Origin: Paraspadella gotoi
Taxonomy: Eukaryota > Animalia > Chaetognatha
NCBI GenBank assembly: GCA_051294375.1
Contig: CM119269.1
Coordinates: forward strand, 16,637,818-16,701,817
Direction: 5' to 3'
Length of the DNA stretch: 64,000 nt
Part shown: one piece after another, positions 1 to 30,981 of the stretch
Layout: every line of letters begins with the position of its first letter
How positions within the stretch are numbered: position 1 is the stretch's first letter
The notes under the pieces: generated by a model
What the model saw: only the letters and a program-made list of their open reading frames with translations
Told to the model about the DNA's origin: nothing
The model's database searches: none
Position numbers and translations under genes: made by a program

Positions 1-451
1 CCCACGTACTCCACCACGAGGGCAAAACCCTCGGCCACGACTTCCCTGATCGTTCGTCAAACGTCGCCCTTGTATAATTCTCCGTCCTTAAGTACAAGGG
101 ACAAAGAACGTACAAGCATTCTAAAAATAATCTAATTAAAAATTTAAAACTCGAAACACCACTCGCCTCTCGGAGGTCCAAAATCGGGGAAGACGTTGGA
201 CGAACGGGCATAGCCTCCCATGTAGCTTTCGATGAAATTCTGAAAAAAACCGCACGCATGTGAGCCAATGGTATCGGGGAATAAATTACAGCAACAAAAC
301 TCTGCACCAGAATTTTGTAGCTTACCGTAGAAGAGTGAAACACCGGAGGCGCGGGTCCCGCGGGTCCCACTGGTCCCACGGGTCCCGCGAATGGCCCGCC
401 GAACGATGCCCCGAATGGCCGTCGACGGGGGAAACGTCCGTAAAAACTCAT
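1..451 (-). CDS. Unknown protein, 5' part (runs off window); at least 3 exons
   Basis: Exons 451-326 (MSFYGRFPRRRPFGASFGGPFAGPVGPVGPAGPAPPVFHSST, GTAAG donor), 239-167 (NFIESYMGGYARSSNVFPDFGPPR, GC donor GCGAGT) and 120-1 (ECLYVLCPLYLRTENYTRATFDERSGKSWPRVLPSWWSTW). Phases are compatible and the frame is open throughout. Family not recognised. Confidence 0.65.
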   Translation of the reverse strand, partial: MSFYGRFPRRRPFGASFGGPFAGPVGPVGPAGPAPPVFHSSTVSYKILVQSFVAVIYSPIPLAHMRAVFFRISSKATWEAMPVRPTSSPILDLREASGVSSFKFLIRLFLECLYVLCPLYLRTENYTRATFDERSGKSWPRVLPSWWSTW

Positions 452-613
452 TTTAATTTGTTTCTAGCTTTGGTGAGTGAGAAAAATTCGAATTTAAATC
501 TAAAAATATAACAATTCCACTTTTTTTTATACATATTCGTACATACATGGCAGACAAATTGGTAGTTTCAAACAATACAAAAAGTTGAAATAACAATAAA
601 TCAATGAATCCTT

Positions 614-1597
<984 letters not shown>

Positions 1598-1704
1598 TTA
1601 CAGTAAATAGTATTAACGAAGAACGCACCGAAAAGGGCTGAAATTATGTCCAGAATTTCGTTGATTATGGCGAACAATGTGCGGTTCTGATGGATATGGA
1701 AAGT

Positions 1705-1953
1705 CTACTGAGGGTTGGGTAAGTGAGAAACTTGGGGAATAGGCTGGGGACGGTAACCGATTCGCTGTTGAACCAATCCGGCGACGTTGGCCTTTCGGGT
1801 GACAAGATCTGGAAGCTTGGAAGGACCTGGAGAGGGTTCAATTGAAGAGTCTGTGCAGGAATTGTGGGCGGCGTCGCGTTCGGCTTTAGCGTCATCAAAC
1901 TCCTTGGCGTTGTCCATATTCAATTCGATTCGCGTGGGAGGCCGACGGAACAT
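1705..1953 (-). CDS. CDC26: Anaphase-promoting complex subunit CDC26 (APC12), 82 aa, single exon
   Basis: From the ATG at 1953: MFRRPPTRIELNMDNAKEFD matches the CDC26 N-terminus (human [20 protein letters not shown]), and RIGYRPQP matches human RIGYKPQP. Size is typical. Confidence 0.88.
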   Translation of the reverse strand: MFRRPPTRIELNMDNAKEFDDAKAERDAAHNSCTDSSIEPSPGPSKLPDLVTRKANVAGLVQQRIGYRPQPIPQVSHLPNPQ

Positions 1954-2664
1954 GTTCAAAACGTTCAGGATACATTTAAACGCCGAGAAATAAGTGGTAG
2001 ATTTTCTGAAATGGCAAAAGAAAAACGACAATAAGACGATCAGAGACAGAATGAGTCGGAAAAAATTGTCACTGTTATTGCAACAGAGTTAAGAAATACA
2101 CCGTCAAGGCGTCAACTAATCAGTTTAGGCAAAGAAGCCTTAGGTCAAGCCTCGTGATGGGATTTGACATATTCTTAAAAAGAAAAAAAAGTCAGAAGCA
2201 TATTTTTAAGCATAAATTATGGCATAATTTTAAGCGCAGCGGGCCAAACTTCTGAGACTGGCTGACTCAGGCAGAGAGCAGACGATGATGAGTTTCCTAT
2301 TAAAATCATGGTTCGTTGCTCTCTTGTTTCTTCTGAATTTCTCAGGCGGAGAAAAAGTATTAAAAACAGTAGTCAGTACTATTAGGATTAGCAATATTAT
2401 AAATATTATAGTAAATTTTATTAGTATTATATAATAACTATATTACTATTATAGTAATATTATAGATTATAAGACTTAAAAAAGTGAAACAAGTAATTTT
2501 GTATTTTTCATTAGTATTACTACCACGTTTATAATTTTATATTCTATGCCTATGTCTATGACTGTTGACAAATTTTTAGATAAATCTCTTATTAATTGGT
2601 TCATTGACCTTCCGCCTAAAGAAATAATTGAAGAGACTGTAATTATTGTTATGTGTTTGCGACA

Positions 2665-2815
2665 GAACCGTATAGCCGTATAAGCAGTCCCTGAGCTTCG
2701 GATCAGGCGGGTTAAGCGCCCCGTCCCTCTTAACTGCTAGACGACCACCGGTCTAGAACCCCGGACCTTCGGGTTGGGAGGCGAATGACTTGCCCCCGGC
2801 ACCAATGGCCGCTGA
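2665..2815 (-). mobile_element. tRNA-derived SINE-like fragment
   Basis: GC-rich island in AT-rich DNA. The minus strand has an A-box-like TGGTGCCGGGGG and a B-box-like GGTTCTAGACC at tRNA spacing, without a proper cloverleaf. Confidence 0.4.
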
Positions 2816-3153
2816 TGAACGGTTGGTGTATATTCGATATAATTTACAATATCAAAAGCTATGTTAATGCTTAATACATCTAAGCTTGTTAACAATTCAA
2901 ACTATAAATAAATTTAAAAACAATATCATTAACTGGCATCGGTTTAAAATGCTCACTTCTGTTCTGATCTAAAAAGATGTTTCTGTACTTCTGTACATCT
3001 CTTGACTCTACTTGGAAAAGTTATAAATAAAAACTAAATACTAAAAAAAATAAGGAAGTTATTATAAAAAACAAAATAGCAATAATGGACTACAAGTTTG
3101 AGATCAAATCCTAGGATTCAGCGTATCCAGAGCAACAGGCTTTTATTACAGTT

Positions 3154-13624
<10,471 letters not shown>

Positions 13625-13929
13625 GGAGACGGCGGAAGTGAAGATCGTCTCGAATCCGCAGAAGGACGTTTTTAGCTGAATGTTGAGTTTTAGATGACAT
13701 GACAAGAAATTTAACGATCGAAGTAAATTTCAACAAAAAAAAGTACGTTTAAAAAGAATCAGTCCGTATTTTTATGTTTTAAAAAAAAATCATAATTCTT
13801 ATTAAGAGAGAGAAAAATAAACAAACCATGAAGTCGAAAATAGTTTCGGTTGTTTTTAAGAAACAAAATACAAAATACAACCACACGACTTTTGAGGATT
13901 TTAAAGGGCGGCGTCGTTCAAACAATCAG

Positions 13930-14070
13930 CTTGGCAGACGTCACGCGAGGCTCGTTTCTGGGACAGAAACCGGCTGAATGACAGACTCTGATAACAAGTT
14001 TCTCCGACTTTTCCACAAACTGCGCTCGAACCAATCACGCGTCCAATCATCTCAGCCAATCCTCGAATCG
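13930..14070. promoter_or_regulatory. Candidate bidirectional promoter between NAGPA and PAQR3
   Basis: Three CCAAT boxes (about 14031, 14043, 14056) and a CRE-like GACGTCA (about 13937) about 0.3-0.45 kb upstream of the NAGPA ATG, between divergent genes. Confidence 0.4.
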
Positions 14071-14964
14071 GAAAAAGGGATCGATAGAAAAAATAAGCGC
14101 AAAAAAAAAAAAAAAAAAAGCGAAAGAAAATTATGCAGGAAATTAAAACGGAAACTGTCGAGTGAGATCGAAACGTAACTTACCACGTGGTTTTGGTTAG
14201 GAGAGGAGTTTAAGAGTTGAATGGTTTCCCAAAAGAATAAAGACGAAATAGGAAAGCAATGAGGAGGAAAAAGAAAGGAAGAAATAAAAGAGAGAAAACA
14301 TAAGCAAGAGGAATGATCTCGTTTTGTGCCCTTTTTTATTTGTTAATGTGATCGATTCGTCTAAACGTATTCATTTAAAAATGGAATGAAAAACATCCAA
14401 GGGTGTGATCTCCCCCTGCCTATCGCATTGGTAAGAGCATCACTTCGAAAAAAACATCTAAAACCAAACCCTCTTTATTCGAAAGCTTTACATAGTTAAC
14501 CCTAAATCGCTACCACAAAACTACGGTTGAGCGAGCATCAGCTCGAAAAAGACTGGCACCGCACCACCGTCCAGTACGTCGGGGGAAAATCCCGCGCGGT
14601 TCCGGCGTCGGTTCCTCTCCTTCTTTCCATCCTTTATTTTTTCCTGTTTCTTCTCTCCATCACGCCGGCGTGAAAACGACCCTTCGACATCTTGTCGGCT
14701 TCACCGTGACAACAAAAACGATGATAACAATTTTAAATGTAATATGGATATTGGATAAAATTGTTTTTAAATGTAATATGAACAAAATTGTTTTTAAAGC
14801 GGCGATTTTCTCTTTTCAGCCTTGTTTGCAGGTTTTTTTTTACGAAATCGTGACCCGCTTTTCGAAAGTGTTGCTCTTCAAGATTTGGAAATATTTACGA
14901 TTACGACTTCCTAGGTCAGGTCGGGTTTTGGGTTAGTCATACATTTCATGATGAATTTTCATTT

Positions 14965-15047
<83 letters not shown>

Positions 15048-16026
15048 GCTCTCGCTCTCTTTATATATGTTTATCTCTCTTTCTAGCTATTTCCCCTCCT
15101 CTCTCTCTCTCATATACTTTTTACTTCACACCCGCATGGAAGACCTGGCTGTTTTCTTCCCAGTTCGGAGTCGTTTTATTTTGTCGTCCTAAAAATCAAT
15201 TCAAACCAATGTAATTTGAACTTTTTATCAAAGAGGCGGACCCGTAAGCTTTGGAGGGAAGGGGGAAATAATGATAAGCTGCAGTTCCTCCGTTCACATC
15301 AACAACGTCTTCTGATTCGTTCATCACAAGTCCCTCTATTCTCCTATTGGCTTCCTCCTTTATTCTTAAATCGTTGAGAATCGTCCCCCTCAAGCAATGC
15401 GCGATTCTGATTGGTCGAAATCAGCGGAACGGAAAGAGAGAGACCGAAGCACCCGAGCTCATGTCATCGAAAATGACCTTGCACTTTCTGGGTACGAGAT
15501 TCGTTTCATTGCCATGGGACCTCTAGTTGGACCAGATCTAGGAAAGTAGGAAAGGAAAGAGAAAGAAAGAAAAAAAAAGATCGATTAAGTTGGCAATTAG
15601 ACTCTAGTTTAATTTATAATTATTTTCCTAATATCTTCGTTTGTTGTTATCGCTTTACCATTAAAATGAATTTTTTTTATTGTTTCTTTTAAAACGCATT
15701 GAAATTCTTTAAAAAAAATTATATTTTCAACACGTGTGACTTTATAATTTTATTTACTAAGCAGACACAGTTCAATGACGAAATACTATGAGAAGAACAA
15801 TCAAAAATATCTTGATTTAATAGCTTGATTAACTTTTTAGAAAGAGAGACAAACTACGTAGATGTATGTAGAGAGGAACCTGTAAAGATATATGCTTGAT
15901 TAAAAAAAGAGGAAGAAAAAAAGATGCCAAAAAAAGAAAAAAAAGAGGCGGAGCTCAATCTTGCAGAATATAAGACAGAAGCTGGAAAAAATGTTTCTTG
16001 ATTGGACTAACAGACAGAGGGTAGCA

Positions 16027-16072
<46 letters not shown>

Positions 16073-16074
16073 GA

Positions 16075-16107
<33 letters not shown>

Positions 16108-16282
16108 TGGGAGAGAGAGTAAGCCCTTCAGAACTGCGAGATTCGTATGTCATTTGGAAGCCGATTTCTCTTTCATTGAGAACTGCAACAGACGCGATTT
16201 TTTTTTTTTCAAGTTCGCACGCAAGTCGAAACGAATTGAAAAAGGATATTTTGGATTCTCTCTCTCTCTCTCTCTTCTCTCT

Positions 16283-16358
<76 letters not shown>

Positions 16359-16651
16359 CTCTCTTCTCTTTATTCAGACTCGTAGAGCTTCGGACGAGAT
16401 TCCGGTGTTGTTTTTCCCACTTCAATCAAACTAAGTTGCAAATTAAACGTTTTAACGGAAACAAATCGACGCTACTGTCAATCGATACGGAGCATTTTCT
16501 GTAAACCAACATAAATGACCGAAATTGGAGGGACTAGTAAATAATCAAACAAAAAATATATTTTTACCCATTATTAATTGGTTTTTTATTTTTGTATTTT
16601 TTTTTTGAAAGCGAAATAGTACATTTGAACAAAAACAAGTGAACAAAAGAG

Positions 16652-18619
16652 ATGGCGTTTCGGCGTCCGGTGCAAAGCTACTCGCAACACGAGCTAGGTA
16701 TGATCTACTTCTTTAACTCACCTAATCATATTACGTCGAATGTGCTATGTTGAGGAATTATTTTCTCTTACGAAATGCTCTCTTTAATGTTTTTAGCACC
16801 GCTTGTTTCTGTAAGTTCTTTGCTATTAATATTTCTAATTAGTAACCATCTCCCTTATTGACATTCACAGACAGATTGAAACAAATATCCACTCGTTTCC
16901 CATCTTCTCCAGCTCCAACAACAGCGGACGATGGTCCCTCCTCCACCACCGCCGCTCAATCGCCCTCTTCTCAACGTTCTATGATCGGCGTCGACACCAT
17001 CTACCCCAGATGGGCGGCGCCGCAATTCGGCGTCATGAACGACTTCGTGTTGAACGGATATCGGCCGGCGATGACCCTGTCCCACTGTCTGCGGTCCACC
17101 TTCGCCTGGCACAACGAGACCCTCAACATCTGGACTCACCTGCTGGGGTTGTTCGTCTTCGTCATGCAGATGGCGAGGTGAGGCGAGTTTCTAAGAGAGT
17201 TATAATTAAGACTCATTTTCAAGTTTTTTATTGTTTAAAAACAAGAGGTTTTCAGAGGTTTTCAACAAAGAAACGAAAAAAAAATTATACATACCATTTT
17301 CAAGTTATATATTTTTCGACTAAACTTATAATATGTACTTATAACATTTGCCCTTCTCGAAGAGTCGTCTTCGTTAGAAATATAATTTTATTTAAATCAA
17401 TCATTATTTTCAGATTAAACTTCGTTGTCATTCCGCAATTGCAAGACCCCAACGCTATGAAGACGACGACCTCCAACTCCGCAGCGCCGCCGAGTATGCA
17501 TCCGGTGCCGATGGACTCCACGGCGCCGATCGGGTCGGGGATGCCCATCGATTTTCCGGCGCCGCTCGGGGCCGCAGTCCCGATCATCTGGAACACGTCC
17601 TTGATTTGCTTCGGCGCCTGCATGGCGTTCAGCGCGGGATTCCACACTTTTTCGTGTCACAGTTTGGAGGTGAATTCACAAAATTGAAGGCGTGAATCAT
17701 CCTCGCTCAATTCTCTCTCCTTTCTAACTCCTTCCCTTCTCTCCTTCCTTCCCTGGGCACCTAACCCTTCTCCCCCCCCCCACGAACCAGACCTCGACCC
17801 GGTGGTTGCGCATGGACTTCACCGGCATCACCTGCGCCACTATGGGATGCTACTTGCCGGGCTGCTACGTCGCCTTCTACTGTCATCCCTTTTGGCGCGA
17901 CGCTTACCTCACCGCCGTCGGCTCCCTCCTCGTCGCCATCTTGGCGTTGCCGCTCTTCCTGCGGCGCTACTGGAGTCCCGATTGGGTCTGGATCCGCGCC
18001 GCCATCCAGATCGTCGCCGTCGCCGTCGGAGTCATGCCCATCGGCCATTGCATCGCCCTGGAAGGTTGTCGGGTGTCGGATTATCCGTTGGGAATAAGAC
18101 TATTCTTTAATTGATTTCATTAATTGACTGATTGATTGATCCTTTGATCGATTGATTGAACGATTGATTAATCTAACAATTTATCATTAATCGATTAAAA
18201 AATTTATTTAATAAATAGACTAATTAATTTCTTATATTATCTGATTGACTTACGCTTGCTGTCGTTTGTCCGCTACTTAAATTTTTTTTTTTGCAGTTGT
18301 ATCACTGACCCTGAGATAGCCTCTACTGATCAACTGATCATTGATCACCCGCTCGTCCCCTCACCCCATTTCAGGCGGATGGTCCTCACCTTTCTCCTCC
18401 GCTTTCCTTCCCCGCGTCGCCGCGCTTTACTTTCTCGGCTGCTTCAGCTTCTTCTTCTACCTTACCAAGTTTCCCGAGCGGCTGCGTCCTGGCTACTTTG
18501 ACTTTTGCGGCCAGAGTCATCAGATCTGGCATCTCTGCATCTTCTTCACGCTCTATCACTGGCATCACTGCACGCTGGAGTTGCTTCAGCATCGACTTCG
18601 GCACTCTTGCTTCGGTTGA
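16652..18619 (+). CDS. PAQR3: Progestin and adipoQ receptor family member, PAQR3-like, 5 exons
   Basis: Exons 16652-16697, 16871-17177 (NDFVLNGYRP...HNETLNIWTHLLG), 17414-17669 (SAGFHTFSCHS), 17791-18064 (RMDFTGI...FYCHPFWRDAYL), 18375-18619 (KFPERLRPGYFDFCGQSHQIWH). The CREST Zn-binding motifs are intact, and the FYC..W/..YHWH segments resemble PAQR3. Confidence 0.88.
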
Positions 18620-18636
18620 AGCGGGATTTTCTCTCT

Positions 18637-18731
<95 letters not shown>

Positions 18732-20089
18732 TTTCTCTCTCTCACCATTTTTCTTTCCAAAGATCACGAATTTCTCAGGGAAAAGAAAAAAAAAAAAGAG
18801 ATCTCTTATGGAACTAATTTGTGAACTTATAAACGCTACGTAACCGCTATATAGCCAGTTACTTTTTTTTTCCTTTCGTCGAACTATCGGAATGTGATAT
18901 TATTTAAATAATTATTCTGTGACGATCGTTCTTAAAACTTTTATTTCGTATCCTAAACAAAATTCAAGTTACGTCTGTACTCGAATGAACTCATCGATCT
19001 TGAGTTGGATTGCTCTTTTGCACTTTTCGCGGAGAAGACCGATGAGACAGCGGCCTCTGTGAAGTGAAAGGGGAAAATAAAAAACAAAATCGATATTGCG
19101 CGCTTTTTTTTTTCTTCTGGATTTTGAGTCAAAACCTTCAGGTTGACTGAAGCTTTTTGATCATCATTTTACTTAAATAATTGTAAAGTCGTGGCTATCT
19201 AGGAATTATGATGGTCAGCTTCAAAAACACATCGCGTCGGTATTGTGATGAAGATATTTAGAAATTTCCAGTTAGTTTTACACAAATTTAGGATTCCCTT
19301 TCGTTTTCGCTTCAACTACGCACAACTGGAAAGATGTAAAGATGTATCTTTTCAAAGAGATTTGATTTCGTATTCCCCATTCAATGAATTTCGAAACGAC
19401 TTCGCAGACATTTTTTTTTTCTGATATTATTTTTCCATTCAATTTGGTTACCTGAGTTAAATCTTATAAAAGAATAAAAAATCTCGGGTTAAAAAAAAAA
19501 GAGGAATCTCAAGATTGAAAAAAAAGGATAAAACTAGAGGAAAATGACCGAAAAAAGAAGCGACGAAATCTATTCGTCGAACCTGAAACGATGGGCCGGA
19601 AATTTGCAAAAAAATATTTTGAGGAAATACATGATGCTTCATTGGTTTTTTAACTTTGAGTATTGTAGTTTATATGTCTTATGGTATAACCGCTATAAAA
19701 GAAGAAACTATTTCTTGAAAAAGACGGCATAATGTGTACAATGTACACAATGTACACAATGGGTGTCCCGGTGTCCCCCCCCTCTGGACGCCCCAACATG
19801 AACGGATGACTTTACTCAATGAGCCAGCGGGCGCCAACTGTAAAATTCATTTTTACAGACGGGCTGAACGCAATGATCGACTATATATTTCAATTTTAAA
19901 TAATCTAAAAAAAAAAAACTATTCGGATGAATAACGTTGTTGTTTTTCGACAACCACATTAGTTTTTCTGAAACATATTTTGGTTACCAGACAAAGAGAT
20001 ATTTTCTCTCGAAACGAGATGTTGACTCGTCGAATCTTGCTCAACAACGTCTGTCGCGCTGTCCAATCGAGAGTTTAAGAAATATAAGA

Positions 20090-20330
20090 TATGAAATTGG
20101 TACAACCAATATAAAAATTATCCATCCATTTAATAAATAAGCTATCTTGCCCTGACTTTGGACAGGCTTTGGTGGTTTATGGCCTCCATCACCTTACAAG
20201 ATAATGACATAGCAGGTCCCTGCAAGCTTTTCAATTAAGACTCTCTCACAGTCTCGTTATTCACTCCCAGGTAACTGGCTTCCCTATCAATGAAGTCGTA
20301 TAATATTTCAAAGAATGTTTCAATTGTATG
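20090..20330. repeat. ~240-bp interspersed repeat, copy 2 (inverted relative to 4698-4940)
   Basis: Direct sequence comparison. Confidence 0.85.
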
Positions 20331-21257
20331 TAATTGTAAAATCGTCAATCGTGTAAGTGGTAGTTAAAAAGGTTTTGGTTTCTACTATACATTGTTTTTT
20401 TGTAGCTAGCTTTCAAATGTCTTCCGATTTATAGCTGCGTGTACCTTATTATTCGCCCGTTTAGTACGTAGATTTTAATAGTTTGGAGATAAAAATGAAA
20501 CAAATAATTGTCGAAAATTCGTTACACAATATCAATCAGCATCTATAATGCTCTCGGTAATGATGAAAAAGTCCTCTCGAATTGGCACCAAAACAAACCG
20601 ATCTTTAACCTTTTTATTGCTTCTCTTTTTATTTTGTTTTCTTCTTTCCTTCCCGCTTCAATTGTTTTATTTTGTCTATTTTAGTATTTAATCATTCACA
20701 AAGTCGTCGAGGTGACTGACTAAGAGAGGGTCGTAATCACTCCCGTCTCTTTCAGACTCCTTTTCTACCTAAATCTTTTCCTTATTTTTTTTACTTTTCT
20801 CCATCTAACTTAACTTTTTAAAATTTTGTTCTTTCACATTTTACAATTTTACTATTCTATATTTTAATTCAAATATCATTTGGTCCTTAGTATCTTCGTT
20901 TTCTCTCAATCCTTTCCTTCTTTCCTTTCTTCTACCTCCTCCTTTCTCCTCTCTTATTTCCGCCTTCCTCATGTTTTTTTCATTTCTTCCCCTTTTTGTC
21001 ATTTCTTTCTTTCTTCCTCTTTCTCTTCTTTTCCTACCTTCTCTTCACCGCTTCCACTTTGTTCCCCTCTCCTTTCCCCTCATCTCCTCTCTCCCCTTCT
21101 CGGTTCGTGCGATGTCTGACGGCGAAGTCTGTAGAGACGTGATTAGAATCCTTTCCTCCCATTTTTTTTTTTCACGCCTCTTTTCTCTTTTCTCCCTTTT
21201 CTCTTTTCTTTTTTTTCCCGCTTCTCAACTTTTATTTTTCTTTTTTCTTCCTCCGCC

Positions 21258-24279
<3,022 letters not shown>

Positions 24280-26085
24280 TTTTTTTTCGCGTTGATTCAG
24301 GCTGAGAATTTATGGGAGTTTCTATATCAGAATTTTTAGTAGTTTGTGTAGAAATTATTTATATTTTAATTTAAGGTTTACCTTTTGTGATTTAAGCAAA
24401 TCTTTTTTTTTAAAGGAATCATGATCTTTTTAGCAATACAAATCTTGAAGTCTCAGGTAACCAATGGTTGACGTCAGACCTTCTATTGAATAATCGGATC
24501 TGCATTTCATTTCTTTTTCTTTTTCTTAAAAAAAAGTAAAACCTATCGGGAATTGTAGAATGGGGAGAAAATAAGAATGAGTGAGAGGAGAAAAAGTCAG
24601 AAACGGAAGGAGAGAAAACAAGGAGCAGTCATTCCATGGTTTTTTCTTTTTATATGATAATACGTAAAGGTACATGAATATACTAGTATAAAAAATATGA
24701 ATAATACTCGTTTCATAGTAGTTATCTTGTCTGCCAAGTATTCATCTTTATGAGTTATCTAATCGCATAAGTATGACTAAATTTTATTTGAAAGGAATGT
24801 TGTTTCATAGTACGTATGCTATATATTAATAAAAATTAATCCATATTATGCGAGATATTTATATTTAAATGCATTTAGGATAGACCGATGGATAGACAGA
24901 CCATCTGACCGACCGAACGACACCAAAGTGTCTCATAAAGTAAAACGAAAAACGTGGAAAGAAGCGAAGAGAGAAACGAAGAAAGAGCGAAAGAAATTGT
25001 CAGCGAGAAGAGATAAAGAGAAAAAGATGGAGAAAAAGAAAAGGGAGAAAAAGAGACGAAGAAGGAAAGACTGACAACAAACGTCACTCCGAACGTAAAA
25101 CTCTTTTTCTACGACTTCTCGAGTCTTCGAAGGTCACAGACTTTGACATCGGAAAACAAAGCCAAATCTCTGTGACGCGAGGTCACTCGATCCCTGCGTC
25201 ATTTGGGCAACGCGTCACTCCCTCGCTGCGTCAACCTGTGAGGGAAGATAGTTGCAACGCCATTGACCAATTGCGCGAATCGTTCAACGGCCTCCGTAGC
25301 ATGTTCTCATTCTAGGAATATCTAGCTAACCAAGAAGATGGAATCAAATGGAATCGAATGGAATCACAAGAAACCGGATCGGAGGCTCGGGAAGAAATCA
25401 CCGAAATGGAACCAAGCTCTCTGATTGGCCAATGATAACTTTTGGGTCATGTTTGGGTCTCTTTTGAACATCTAAATTCAGCCTCAAGTTTTTAAAATAC
25501 ACAAATTTAGGGAAACCTCTTCGTAAGTGACACTAATTATTAAAGTCGAAAAAAAGCGATAAAACCAACAAAAATATATTTTGCGCAAATCGGAAGGAAA
25601 CCTTAAGAATAATGACGTCAATTGGGAAAACAAAGTACGAAGAATACCTTCAGTGTGCTAAATTGTCGAAAGGGTGATATACGTATGATGTGGATTTAGA
25701 TTTTTGTCAGATTATATTCTTATTATTTCCTTAGCTAGATTTTCTTTTATTATCTTACCGATCTTGTGATTGTGATTTTTAATAATAAAACTTTCCTTTG
25801 TTTAATTACTTCATTATATATTTTACGATTTAGGTCTAAGTAACCCAGTAGAACACGAAAGAAAAACTATTCCCTCTCGCGGCATAGAACACCTGAGCTC
25901 GACATTATTTCATCGAGTTCACCTTTACTTTTCACGCCTCACTTCTTTCTCCTTCGACCAAGTATCTAATAATTCTCCCTCTAAAGATGTTAGTTTTTAT
26001 TTAATCAAAGGGAATAAATTATACATCGTTTGAAGAAAACAATTCAAGAATTAATTCATTTTAAATGAGGAGAGATAACTGATGA

Positions 26086-26086
<1 letters not shown>

Positions 26087-26174
<88 letters not shown>
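26087..26174. repeat. (GTC)n microsatellite
   Basis: Direct reading. Confidence 0.9.
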
Positions 26175-26439
26175 CCTGACCTCGTTGTTTTCCCTGTCCT
26201 CGTCCCTCTCGTCGCAGAATCATTAATCCTCTTTTCCGTTGTGACCTTTTCGTCCTCTTAGAAAACTTTTCTCACTTTTTTTCACGCCATTTTTCTTTTC
26301 TCGGTTTGACATTTGTTTTGAATCCTTTCAATTTTCATTTCTCTCCTCCGTATCTTTTCCCAAAGTCTTTCAAAAATTCACTTCTCTATTTTGACGTCTT
26401 TTCTATTTGATTATCTTCTTGTATTTTCGATTGACTTCT

Positions 26440-29876
<3,437 letters not shown>

Positions 29877-30159
29877 GGCGCTAAGAGACAGAAATAATTG
29901 TTCGAGATTGCGGAGAAAGATGGCGCTGGGGGGGGGGTGAGCACTCGACTAGGGTGGCGGTGGGAAGACGACTCGACGAAGATAGCGAGCGACGAAGAGG
30001 GCGCTCGGCGGAAATATGCGCAGATGGCGCTGGAAAAAAAAGAGTCGCAGAGAAGGCGGGGCTGAGATATTTAATAATCGACGTCGTCTCACAGTGTGCG
30101 ACAAAGAAAATAAAAGTAATATTTAGTGATTGAATAATATGAAGAACTACTTTAAAAAG

Positions 30160-30278
<119 letters not shown>

Positions 30279-30492
30279 TGAAGAACAATTTTGAGCTTTT
30301 TCTAAAGATACTGGAATATGTACGTGTATTTTTTTATTATATATCTTATTAATAAAATATAGAAATGTGTTCGTCAAATTAATAAAAAAAATTGATGCTT
30401 AAATTTCGTTTTGTTTTGTTGTCGCTTCGTTGCTTTTATACCCGAAAAACCTGTGGTTTTTTTAAGGATTAGAGCAACCGCTTTACCTCTCG

Positions 30493-30596
<104 letters not shown>

Positions 30597-30981
30597 CTTT
30601 TGTTACCTTCCATTTTTCCGGTTATATTTTTTTTACTAAAGATCTTTATCGTCGTCTTCTTTGTCGCATTCGTCGGCATCATCTTCGCGGTTGTCGTCGT
30701 CGTCAATGTCGTCGTCGTCGTCGTAGTCGTCGCGGTCGTCGTCGATATTTCAATTTTCCTTCGAGACTTTCGCCACCGGATTGCGAGTCCCTCGGAGTTG
30801 ACGGGGGAAGAAGAGGGCGAGGAGAGATGGGGGAGAGGAGAAAGGGGGGAGAGGAGAGAGGGGTAAAAGAGAGATGAGAGAGAAGAAAGGGAGAACAAAG
30901 AGCGAACGGAGAGAGAGGGAGAGATGGCAGAGTGGAGTGAAGAGAGAGACAGAAGAGAAAGTCATAGAGTAGAGAGAGAGG

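Noticed and set aside
1954-2031. N-terminal extension of the CDC26 ORF in the track
   Set aside because: It begins at a non-ATG codon. CDC26 homology starts at the Met at 1953.
2665-2815. tRNA gene
   Set aside because: A/B-box-like motifs but no consistent acceptor or anticodon stems; treated as a SINE head, as at 36660.
17010-17687. 225-aa ORF
   Set aside because: A chimera of an off-frame part of PAQR3 exon 2, intron 2 and the in-frame exon 3.
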